Shown: piece after piece, positions 44,150 to 57,240 of the stretch
Layout of the letters: every line of letters starts with the position of its first letter
Numbering within the stretch: the stretch's first letter is position 1
Assembly: GCF_009914755.1 (NCBI RefSeq)
Contig: NC_060931.1
Strand: one strand, 5' to 3'
DNA length: 64,000 bases
From: the human T2T-CHM13v2.0 reference genome, Homo sapiens
Notes under the pieces: generated by a model
Told to the model about the DNA's origin: nothing
The model's input: the letters and a program-made list of their open reading frames with translations, nothing else
Database searches by the model: none
Program-made: the position numbers and the translations under genes

Positions 44150-45214
44150 TTCTTGTCATCTTTTTATCCTTAGATACAACTATTGTTTTTTTTCCACAAG
44201 TCAAAAGGCTAAATAGTTTTTAACAGTTCTGAAAAATTACCTGAGAATATTAAATATGTTTTTAAAAACTCTTCCTGAATCAGTGTGAACCCTACTTATT
44301 ATATGCTAGTACAATGATCATAGAGAAATTCTATCAGATATATAGAAGAATTAAGCTCAGAGTTACAATATTATATAATGAAAGGGACTTCAGAGATTAT
44401 CTAAGTCAGTAGTCTCACTTAACACATAAAAATAAAATACAGTGTAAGAGGTGACTTGTCAATTGTAAAGACTTTGAGCAGAAAATATCAACTGAATTGT
44501 TACAGTACCACTACCATTTAGAGTATTATTATTGCTTTTTATTTTTAGTATTGCTAATGTTGAAAAAGCTAAGCATTCCCCCACTGAAAATTATTAGTGC
44601 TGATATTTCTGTAGGTAGATCCTGATGGGAGATTATTTTTTTCTCTCCCAAAGAGTAGCCAGGCACTTATCCATAAAATTGTCTAATATAATAATTATAG
44701 GCCAGCTACATATATGCCTCTTTTTTGTTGTTATAAACTGCTATTTGCATGTGCGTCAGTGGCAGAGTTTTTAGTGATTAGGCTGTTGTTTTTTCTCATC
44801 TTAGATCAGGGCACAGACTATTTGCTCATTCCGGAGGAGTGAAGCAGCTGACAGATCAGATGCAGCCAGCAGCTCTCTGTCAGCCTGAAGATGAAGGGGA
44901 TACTTGCTGGCAGGATAGGGGCTCCAGCAGCTGTTTCAGCTGCTATTCACTCCGGAGTTCAGGGCATGTGTCTCACATTACCTGTCTTTCAAAGAAGTCA
45001 TCTTCCTACGTGGAAAGAAGATCCATAAATCCTAAAGAACACAAAGGTGAAAGAGAGCAGTACACATTATACATGTGCTTCATTCTTCAATCTATGCCAG
45101 AGTAAGAGCCTCACTCATTGATTTCACCCATTCCCCGGGCACATCCAAATTGCTTGAGTTTCAGCTACTCCCAGTTATGCCAGACAGAACCGCAACACAT
45201 CTGCTGTAATATCT

Positions 45215-45670
45215 TGCAGCACTGAAGTTGGTGTGTAATAGCAGAAAGGACACCGGACCAGAATCTAAATTATCTGGGTTACAGTCTCGGCTCTGTGATG
45301 GATTAGCTATGTCACCTTGGGCAAACACTTTCTGTCTAGACCTCAGTTTTTTTAAATACCCAAATCAGATGGTTGCTCAGATGATTGCTGAAGTGCATTT
45401 TAGCTCTGATTCTGTGATTTCTAAATGAGTGATTACAGTAACAGCTACAATGCATTGGACATACACTTTGGACTAGACATTAGACAAAGTCTTTTATATG
45501 GATTAAAATACTCCTCAAAACAGACCTTTGATGAACTAAGTGATATCATTTGTTCATCAGTGGAGATGAACAAAAGGAGAAAAGTAATGCTGTGTGACTT
45601 CCTCAGGGTTCCAGTTAGTATGGAGAGAGGTGATATTCAAGCCTATTTCTATTTGATATGAGAGTTAGAG
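45215..45670. mobile_element. Two adjacent MIR fragments in opposite orientation
   Basis: 'gctatgtcaccttgggcaaa...cctcagttt' then 'atcatttgttcatcagtggagatgaacaaa...gtgacttcctcaggg'. Confidence 0.6.
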
Positions 45671-46381
45671 CATTAATATGCAGGTGATATAAAAATAAAA
45701 CCCTGTGGGACTAGGCTTCAAGGGACCCAGGTTGTCCTATAATTCCCTGTATTTAGAATTTCCACAGGATTGAGGTTTTTACCTGAATGTCTGGTATCAA
45801 GTGTCTCCCTCCTCCCACAGCAAAATGAAATTCAGCATAGTCTCCTTGGAAATTTAGAGGCAATTTTATAATTTCCTTTGGAGATTTATGTAAAAAGAAA
45901 ATAGCTTTTATTTTTTCTGTGAATGTCTCAGTTTGGAATGCTACTCATACATTAACAGAGAAGGTGACAGGTCTTATTGTTAGATACATTTGCACATTTA
46001 TAATCTGTTAGAAGTTAATCTTTGTTGAATTTTTAAGTATATTATTGGAAGCATAAAGTATATGAGATATTAGAATAAATATTTTAAAATAACAATTGTT
46101 AGCATTTTTGAAGAAAAAATGCCAAGAGATACTTTTATTTCTCATGTTTTTGCTTTCTGCTAAGAGAAAAATAAAGAAGTCAGAGTTGTTGGGAAAAAAA
46201 TAAATAACAGGAGGTTCTAGTGGCTGATCCTTGAGGGATCTTTCTTAGTGGTCATAGACAGTTTACATCAACTCACTATTAGCTTCTCCATTTGCAAAAA
46301 GGGTAAATGATACCTACCTCACAAGTATGAAGATACAATAATATATGAACTCATTAAGTACCCTCAGCTATGTTACTAAAA

Positions 46382-46520
46382 CAAATTTATGCCTAGTGTT
46401 CTGTTATTGGAATGCTAAGCATGTGAGAGTTATTTGTATCCTGCTGCTCAAGGTCATTGCCAATGTCTGATTTTTCACTCATGCAAAAATTTAAAAATTG
46501 CAACCTCAGGCATGAATGGG
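46382..46520 (+). mobile_element. MER85 (non-autonomous piggyBac, PGBD3-derived)
   Basis: 'atttatgcctagtgttctgttattggaatgctaagc...gctcaaggtcattgccaa...ttgcaacctcaggcatgaatggg' followed by TTAA. Confidence 0.92.
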
Positions 46521-47102
46521 TTAACCTTCTCATGAGACTCCATATTACTAGTATCTCTTCTGTGTTATTCATTGAGGTCAGAATGATCATTATGATATTA
46601 TATTACTTCTCAGCTTAAAACTTTTAATTATTCCTCTTTGTCAAGGAAATCAGTCTCCAGTTGTTGAGCCTGGCATACAAAATCTGTCCTGATCCAACTG
46701 GAGTTCCTCTTTCCTGTCTTGCATGTCCTTATGTGATAACCTGGCTTTCCCCTTCCTTGCTGCCTCACCAAGGGCCATAAATAGTCAAATTGAGCTTTCA
46801 CTGTGGCTGATTCAGGCTAGAATCCAAGATCTCATCTCTAGTTTTGGATGAAGTATTCCATTGACCCGGAATTCTCCTCCTCTCTTTCTAACTGACATGC
46901 TGTCCTCATCTTTCAAGACCATATCAAATGTTCACTTTTCCTAAGGGCCTTCCCAGACACTGCCTCCCCAGCTAGCCCTTTTTTACTCTCCACTCTTAAG
47001 GCACGTGGTGTTGGGTCACCTACCATATGGCGTTCCAAACATTGGTCTACTCCATAAGCCTGTAAAATCCAGAACTGCATCTCTTCCTTCCTATATTGTC
47101 TC

Positions 47103-47134
47103 TTGCCCCCTGGTGGAGTGGACATAAATTGCAA
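47103..47134 (-). promoter_or_regulatory. Predicted CTCF site (core plus upstream motif)
   Basis: Minus strand TTGCAATTTA-TGTCC-ACTCCACCAGGGGGCAA. Confidence 0.7.
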
Positions 47135-48567
47135 CAAACAACCCATCAAAATCATGTTAAAGTTCATTTTATCCAGAATCTTCAGAAGCTATCTTAAAGA
47201 TTTTTCCAGAGTTTAGACATCTTTCATTCAAAATAGCACTACCATTTTAAAAAGTTGGACCTATAAGATAGAAATAACCAAATAAATTAGTTTTTTTTAG
47301 AACATGTATCTTGGCCCTTTGTAGAATATAAATGTATCATGTGAATGCAGCTGAAGAATGTCATGCATATAGTCATGACTTCATATGGACAAAAACAATT
47401 AATTCACATGAAAATAGAAAAATATTACATAAAACTCAAAATGTATAGTGACTTAAACATAACACAGGCATTTTCCTAACTCTCCTCTGAAAATCAGAAT
47501 TTTTAACACACTTCTCCAAATTGACCATGTTATAATTTGATAGAAAATAATTTATCAGGAAACCTAGGTTGAACTTCAGCCAGGCATGTGGATTTTGACA
47601 CAACTAGAAAAACTTAAGTTGAGAATGGTGTAGTAGCTCTTCTGAACAGATAATCTACATCTTCTACTTGCTTCTGTTATACCTCAGATTTTCATTTTTT
47701 TTTTTTACCAGCCTGTACATATTGAGTAATTTCCATTTGTAACAAGTGATCTTCATTCCATAAAAGTTATGGTATTCTTTCAACACAATCTAACCTTTGA
47801 CAATATTTTTTTATCGTGGGTCACAGTCAGTTGCCTGCTCATGCTGCACAGATTGGACCAATGCAACATTAGCACCTGGTCACTCACAGCCTGGCACATG
47901 CCACTATTATCAAAGGTGAAATGTTACTACAGAATATGCTTCCACTGTTTACCATGGAATGTCTTTACATAAACATGATCATTCAAAAAGTATTTAGAAC
48001 AGTTCTATTGCTTAGACATCTTCATATTTCCCTGCAAGCAAGGTTTAGAAATACTCTGTGTTGCCTAGTGCCATTGTTTCCATATCTTTAAAGATCATGA
48101 TATTATCAGTAATCATGGGACGAATTTTAGCATTCATATTTGGAAAGCAGAAAAAAGTAATTCTGAGGAGTGATTAGATGAGCTGTGATCTCTGAGAGTG
48201 TATTTGAATAATATAACCAGAACCAAATGCCTTGACCCCTGCGTCTTTAATGTAGATGCCTAAACTGAGTGACTCTGATTCTTGTGCATAACTTTCATAG
48301 CATAACCTTTCTCCTTTGGCCCAGCCAAGTGTGTGGGCTACATCAAAAATTGTTTGCTATTTTCCATTTCACCCTTTATCTCTGTCACCATTGCTTCAAG
48401 TTCTTTTCAGCAGTTCAGTATCTGTTATCTTGTCATATTTCAAGTATCTTCTTACTGGGCTTTCTTCTTGCAAACTAACTGGCTACTCCTATACAATTAT
48501 CTATTTTTATGCCTGGGTGGTCTTTCCATAGTGTAAACCTAACCATGGCAGTGTCCTAAAACCTTGA

Positions 48568-48908
<341 letters not shown>

Positions 48909-49013
48909 GAGGGGTCATATTCTTTAGAACAGTGAAATTGATTAACCGATCTAATTCTCCAGCTTCAGCTCTAACCATTGCCTACACCTAGGAAGCATCA
49001 TTTCAGCAGTGCT

Positions 49014-49489
49014 TGTCAAAGAAAACCAGAACTGGAAGGTCATTAAAGTGGTGAAAAACAAAATTCTTTCAAGATTATTGCAATAGGGGAGAAGAGTATA
49101 GGACTGGGCTCAATTTAGAATACAAGTGAGCAAGTGGGGATTTATAGCCCAGGAGCATTGTGGGGCTAGTATGAAAAATTACTAAGAGAAAACATCAAAA
49201 ACATCAACAACATAATGGAGATTCTGGCTAAACTGATCTAACAAGATTCTTGCTGAAGGCAGGCCAAGGGGATCAGACATCACCTGAGGGATGGTGGAGG
49301 ATGAGGAACCTGATTAGGTATTGAGGGTGATGGGATATGAAGGGTGGGGTGTTCTGGTTGAATTGGCTTAGCAGAATTTTTGCCAAAATTAGACAACACA
49401 GACAAAAACATGGGAGTCTAAAAGTTGAAGCCTAGTTGAAACATTCAGGAAGCCTGAGTAGAGTTTGGTCAAGGAGAGAATCTTTGTCA
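49014..49489 (-). mobile_element. ERV1-type solo LTR (MER31/MER67 group)
   Basis: TG...CA ends; reverse complement begins TGACAAAGATTCTCTCCTTGACCAAACTC. Confidence 0.75.
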
Positions 49490-49612
49490 GCTTCACTCTT
49501 GCAGTTACTCTATTGAATGCATCAGTGTGTTTCAAAGGCTGATCACCTGGTATTTTTGTCTCTGAAATAATTTCTCCGTCATCTCCTTGATGCATCCTTA
49601 AAGAGTCAACTT

Positions 49613-49979
<367 letters not shown>

Positions 49980-51934
49980 TCAGTTCTTCTATATCTTCAC
50001 TGTACTTTCTGAATATCTGTATTCATATATTTATGTAAGACACTGAAATTATTTATTGTTCTTTATCCTCTCTGATGTCAATAACTTATCCTGTAAATTG
50101 GAAGAAATAAATTGAACTTTGATATTTTAAACAAATAAATCAAATCTGTATATACAACATTTTTACATTTGACATAAAATAATGTTTTTAAGTTTGTTTT
50201 GTGTTTTGCTTCTAAGTTATTAAAGTATCCAAATAGAGGTTTATTTGATTAGCATAAATTCGACAAAATCACATATCTATGGTGACATTTCAGAATATCC
50301 AATTTTAAAAATATTCTCTGCATAGTACAAGTGTCTATTGAAAATCAGTTACTCTGTTAACTATAATTAAAATCTCTCCTTTACAGGGGTAGAATGTATG
50401 CTTAATTTTCCTAATATCTGTCTGATTGGATACTACTGGCAGTAATTATTTTTGTCTCTACAGTTGTTGACAGAGATGCTGCAGGGATGTATCAGCTGAG
50501 CCATTCCCTTGTTTATTTGTTCTAGCATTATTAAATTATGGCCAAACCACAGATTCCTTACAGAAACTTTTTTAGCACTCTTCTGATTTTACAAGGGCGA
50601 ATTAAAGTCCGCTAGATGATATGATATGTAAATCCACTGAAACAGACATACATAAACTTCAGTGTCTCAATACAGTGAGAGCAAGTAAGTGAGCATACCG
50701 CTCTCAATGTCTGCTCGTTGTTGCTTGTCAGCTTCCCTGAAGATGCTTCACTTTCTGTAGCGATGTGACTATATGGCCCACATTCCAAGTGATGGTACCA
50801 TCTCTCTCTCCCAAGAGACAAATACAGAGATAAGTAGACATGCACATACAATATAGATTGACACAGATATATACACATATATAATATTTATAAAAATTAA
50901 TGACCTTCTTATTCTATTAAAAAAATCTTTTTACTAATACCTCACTATATTCTGTCATGCATGCTTGAAAACCTTAGAGCTAAATAGAGCAGGTAGGATA
51001 GCACTCAGAGGAGGAAGACAGGATCTGGATGCTTAGAATGTAATAGAAAAATTCAGGAATAGGATGTAAAGGTATATCTCAGGACAGAAGTCCTGTCTAG
51101 GAATCAAGAGTATCAAAAATGAAATGAGGAGAACTCTAAGAAATGGTTCATTTTTGTTCAAAGCAGAGTCTATTTTCAACTTGATTGTCCATGCTATTAG
51201 CATATTCAAGAGTTTGGTATACCTACTTGAGGCACTCCAAAAAACAAAGAAGGAATTCTTTATATGAGTTGAGGAAATAAGAGACAATATTTCACAACTA
51301 CAGCACATACACAACTTTTCAGTACAGACATGTATGAAATTTTAAGAACAATGCCTTAAACAAGAAGGGTGACCGCATCTAACATGTATTAGAAGATTGT
51401 TCTTGGCTCTTCTGCTGGTGGTCTTTTTCTTCCCAAATACATCAGTTTAGTAATACTCATGCTAATGCATTTCTGATAGACAGTTGAAAGAACCACAGAG
51501 GAGCTGGAATTATTTGTTGCGTCCTTGTCTGAGTCTGTGTGTCTCTGGCCAAGTTGGGACACTGTGATTAATATGAGATACAGATGTCAGCTGTGCAATC
51601 AGCGGCCGACTCTGGCTGGCTGACTGACAGGCAGATTTGGTTGTGCAGGTGACAGTTTCCATTTGCTTGGGCTTGTTTAAGTAATTCCCTCCTTTAGAGG
51701 AAGGAGAAGTCTCTCTGTGGCAGCAAAAATAATAATATTTATTCCTCAGACTGTGAAGACCTAGAGACCAGAGATCAAGCTATGGATTATGGGACTTTTT
51801 GGTAATGTTTCTGTCAACTGAAATAGATGCTTAGTGAAGCCTTGTTAAATCAATATAGAAACATATGACCTTTCTGCTTTTATTCCCATAAACTGATTTC
51901 CAAATGAGAAGAATAATTCATGTAATTTATTCAA

Positions 51935-52390
51935 AATAGATAAACATTTGGTTTCCAATCTTGTATCTGCCACTTATAAGCTGTGTAACTTTATGAAAGT
52001 TAAATATGGCATTCTGAACCTTACTTTCTGAATCTGTTATATAAGAATAATAATACCTATCTCATGTACTATTGAGATGATTAAATGAGATAATCTATAA
52101 TAATTCATATGGCTCACAATGGGTACTTAATAAATGGTAGTTATCCTTGTCTCCTTTTCTATTCCATTCTTACCAGCAGTAGAAAACACAAACATGTGTT
52201 CCAATAACAACAAAATTGCTTATTATAAACCCATCCTGTGCTAGTGCTTTATATATATTATTTTCCCCAAAACACTGTGAGGTAGACATTATTATAATTA
52301 TCTTCATTTTATAGATAAGAAAACTGAAACATAAAGTAGTGGGTTCAAATACAGCTCTATCTGTGATCTTAGTAGTTCTAAAGCTGATTG
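51935..52390. mobile_element. Two MIR fragments (+ then -)
   Basis: 'ctgccacttataagctgtgtaac...taatacctatctca'; 'ctgtgaggtagacatt...cattttatagataagaaaactgaaac'. Confidence 0.7.
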
Positions 52391-53666
52391 CAGTCATGCT
52401 GCCCTATGTAAATGGAATTAATAAGATTTTTAACATCAAGTGACTTATAAAAAACTTTATAATTAACCTATGACTCTCACCCACGTATGAGTGGGCATAA
52501 GAGGGCAAAGATCCCACAATACACACACAAATGCACCTTGTTATATGATCCTACAGTTACAAACCAGAGACACCAGCATCATTGTTATTTCTCTTCACAG
52601 TTGGGAATCTGACTACCTTTCAAAGATGGGACTTAGTCACTGATTTGCCAGACCATAATGCAATTTTTTCATAGACAAAAATACTTCACTTTCAGGTCTG
52701 TCATCTCATCCCCTAGAACACTGGATGGTTGCCCATAAAGCTGTGCCATGGCGTCACCCTCACTCAATTATACTATCTAGTCATCTCAAGAAAGCTTTTA
52801 GTTTCAGATAAGTCTGAAGAATTAGAGGCTGGTTTAGGAACAGAAAAAAAAAAAAAAAAACCAAAACTTCTATTAAGTGAGTATCACAAAGATGTCAAAT
52901 AATTTATCAAAAAAAAAAATTCAGTAGAGAAAGACAACTCTTCAGCAATCCTTAGCCACTTCAGTTACGTTTATTCATTCCTGCTGTGCTTTCTTACTGA
53001 ACAACAGATATCCAGAGTCAACTACTTCCACTCTTTGTCCTTCTCTTCTGAGCCCAGAAACCTTTATCACCTGGCTGCATATCTTCGTCCTTGAATTGCT
53101 ACCCACTTTCAAGTGACTGCACAACAAATGTGTGCTAAAACAAACATGGCTCCAGTCCTAGTTCTACCACTGCCTGTCTTGCTGATTTGTTTCTTTGGCT
53201 GTGCTCTCTATTCCCTCAAATATAATTTTAAAATGTTTAATTGAGTTATCCCTAAGACTAAGTCTAATATATTTTATTATTCAGCCCATAATCCCTGTAC
53301 TCAGTTTCCCGCATTCATCTTCCTCTTCAGATTATCTGGCACTATTCTCATCAATCCACTGGTTTCATCTCAATTGCAATCCTCATCTCTCTTCCGAATT
53401 TGATGCTATTGTCTTGCTTTCTCTATAAAATTATTCCTTTTATTTCTGTGATAATCTGTGTTCAGTTTCTTCACATAACTCTCTAATTTGGTCCGTAGTA
53501 TTTACTTCAAGCTTCTGTGATATTCTGAAAATTCTAGAGATTAAATTTTCAAGTATTGGCTATGATGTGAAATAAGAAGGCCAAATGAACTTTGACACAT
53601 CTTACTTAATCATGGTTATGCCAAGAACCCTATCAGTGAAGACAGCATTAAAAATTGATAATACTT

Positions 53667-53831
53667 GGCCACATGCAGTGGCTCACAACTTTAATCCCAG
53701 CACTTAGGGAAGCCGAGGTGGATGGATCATTTGAGCCCAGGAGTTTGAGGCTGCAGTGAGCTATGATAACACCACTGAAATCCAGCTGGGTGACAGAGCA
53801 AGATCCTACCTCCAAAAAGAAGAAGAAAAAA
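53667..53831 (+). mobile_element. Alu monomer (FRAM-like or internally recombined AluJ)
   Basis: Single arm with A tail; TSD TAATACTT. Confidence 0.85.
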
Positions 53832-53932
53832 GGTAATACTTGCCCCTATAGATCCAGGCTCCAAGCCCACACTTGTGCCAGGCCTGCCCTCATGGACCAA
53901 GACCCAGAGGACCTAGGCTCCAAGTCTACTCT

Positions 53933-54256
<324 letters not shown>

Positions 54257-55309
54257 TAGATTCAAGCTCCAGGCCCACCCCAGCACAAAAATTGGCCCTG
54301 TAGGCCCATACTCCAGACCTGCCCCCTCGGTCCCAAACACCAGGCTTGCCTCCATGGACCCACGCAACATGCCCATCCCAGTAGACCCTGGTTCCAGGCC
54401 AGCTCCCATGGACTCAGAGCCAGGCCCAACCCTGCAGATGCGGGAACCAGGCCAATCTCAGTATAAGCAGGCCATAGGCCTGTCTTAATGCTCCCATGCC
54501 CCATAAAATATACAAACAACTTAAAATGGCTTAAAGATCTAAATGTGAAACCTAAAGCTGTAAAACAACTGAAAGAAAACATAGGAGAAAAGCTTCATGA
54601 AATTGATCAGGGAAAAGATTTTTTGGATATGTTTCTGAAAGCACAGGCAACAAAAGCAAAAATAGACAAATGAGGTTGAATCAAACTGGAAATCTGCACA
54701 GCAAATGAAGCGATCAAACTAAAGAGACCATTTATGGAATGGGAGAAAATACTTGCAAGCCATACATCAGATAAGGGTTTAATATCCAAAATATATAAGG
54801 AACTCAAACAACTCAGTAGCAAGAAAACAAATAGCTAAATAAAAAATGGACAAAGGACCTGCATAGACATTTCTCAAAAGAAGACTTACAAATGGCCAAC
54901 ATGTATATTCTTAAAAGCTCAACATCAGCAATCATCAGGGAAATGCAAATCAAAACCACAATGAAATATCAACTCATAGCTGTTAAAATGCCATTATCAC
55001 AAAGACAAAGGTAAGTACTGGCAAGGATTTGGAGAAAAGGGGAACTCATATACACTGTTGATGGGGATGTAAATTGGTACAACCATTATGGAAAAATGTA
55101 GGAAAGTTACTCAAAAAAAAAAAAAAGAATTACCATGTGACCCAGACCCAGCAATACCACTTTGGGATATATATATGGTTATATATCCAAAGGAAATGAA
55201 ATCAGTATCTTGAAGGGATATCTACACTCCTACTATAATTGCAGCATCATTCACAATAATCAGCTAAAATATCCAGCAACAGATAAATGGACATACATAC
55301 TGCATTTTA

Positions 55310-55310
<1 letters not shown>

Positions 55311-55341
<31 letters not shown>
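55311..55341. repeat. (CA)n microsatellite
   Basis: Visible directly. Confidence 0.95.
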
Positions 55342-55346
<5 letters not shown>

Positions 55347-57019
55347 GGCACAAAAAATCATGAAGTCAATTATATGTGGAATCTAAAAATGTTGAACTCA
55401 TAGATGTTTGTCAGGGTAGATGGGGTGAGGGAAATGGAAAATGTTGGTGAAAGAGTATGAAATTGTTATATAGATTGAACAAGTTCTTAAGATCTCATGT
55501 ACAGCATGGTGACTCCAATTAATAATACTGTATTGTATAGTTGAAATTTGCTAAGAGAAGTGATCTTAAGTGCTCTAATTCCAAAAAATAAAAAAGATAA
55601 ATTATGTGAGGTGATGAATATTTTAATTAGATTGATAGTGGTAAACATTTGATAATGTATATGTATATTGAAACATGTACACCTTATACAGTATTTATTT
55701 GTCCACCATACCTTAATAAAGGTGGAAAAAAGAGTAATGCCTACATGGCGATGGTGCGTTAAATATTCCTACGCATTTTGTCATTAGATCCTTAGTACAA
55801 TATAGAAGGCAACTCATAATAAGGAGACGCAGTTTTGGATATGCTGATGCCCCTTCCTCTTCCTGTGATGGCTGAAGTGATTATCTCAAAGATCCCTTCT
55901 GGCATCTTCAACTCATTCTTTAATTTAAAAGAGAAAATTTAAAGAAAAAAAGTGGGTATTTTGCGTGTTAATTTATTTTTATATCATTCTTGAAGTGTGT
56001 TTTCTATCTGTTTTTATTCATTAGGGTTTTTCTGGTGTTATTATTGGAGAATTCACAGGTTTTATAAGAGCTGATAACTGTATAGAGAAAACAACCCTGA
56101 CAGCCCTCCTACTGCTACCTAGCCAACTGTGCTATTGATTATATGGAGGTTCCATGCAAATAAATGTGTGGTCTGCCTCAAACTCATCCTCATACCTGGG
56201 AAAAGCATGTGTCCCTGGTCACCGATTTTATCATTTGCAGAGCCAAACCACTGGCCACTGTGCCCAGGGAAGTGGGAGCCTTGACTACATTTTACCTCTA
56301 ATTCTGGACACAGGACTAAGCAAGCATTCCCATGCCAGTGGGTGAAACCTAGAGCATTGAAGATTTTCAGTATCACCATTGCTGAACACATGGTTAAAAG
56401 TAGTATCTAATGCCCTTTTCTCAGTTGCTTCTCAGTTGTTTCTTGGTGAACTATTTTAAAAATATTGGAAATTTAAAGTAGTGTTAATTCTGAAAGTGCT
56501 TCTCTGACTTCAGAAATTGTCTACTTGCTTTCTTCTTAAATTATACCACTTAGAAGAAAGAAATATGTGTTAAACAGACAGACTGGGGTTTGTGGAGGCA
56601 GGAGTGGGGTTGTAGAGAAAAGCCGCCTTGCTTGCAAGCCAGGAAGTTGGCCCTCGATCTTCCTGGGAACAGAAATGAGAGAACATTCCCACCTTCATCT
56701 CCAGCCTCTGAAACTATACTTGGCAAGAAAGGAGATTTGCCAGAACACAGACACCTCCTCAGATTATGCCATGACTTTTCCTGCCTGATGAAAATCTACA
56801 TCCCTGTCAGTGGAGATGCACCCTTGGAAGGAAGATTCATAAAGGCAGACATCTGTCAGGGAAACTGATGCCCTGTGTTTACACGGAAACTGGCTCTTCT
56901 CAGATTTGCCCTCAGATGGGTCCCAGGCTGGAGCGCACTGCAGTTTGCTGTCCTTGGCTGCACTCAGATTGCATTTGACATGAATGTAATAGTCAAAGCC
57001 TGGTATGATGAACTCCCAA

Positions 57020-57240
57020 GACGACTCCCGGTCATCTTGACCAAGTTTGAATCCTGGTCTTGCCACTTACTATCAAGATCTGGATTTGTCTATTATTTAG
57101 CCATTCTTAAGCCTCAGTTTGCTTGCATGTAAAATCAATATCAGACTGCCAATTCGTTAGAACAGTTGTAGAGCTCCATGATATGCTGTAGGTGAAGTGA
57201 GTAGCACCTCACCTAACAAATTCACACTCATTAAATGTTA
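57020..57240 (+). mobile_element. MIR
   Basis: 'gtttgaatcctggtcttgccacttacta...gcctcagttt'. Confidence 0.7.
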
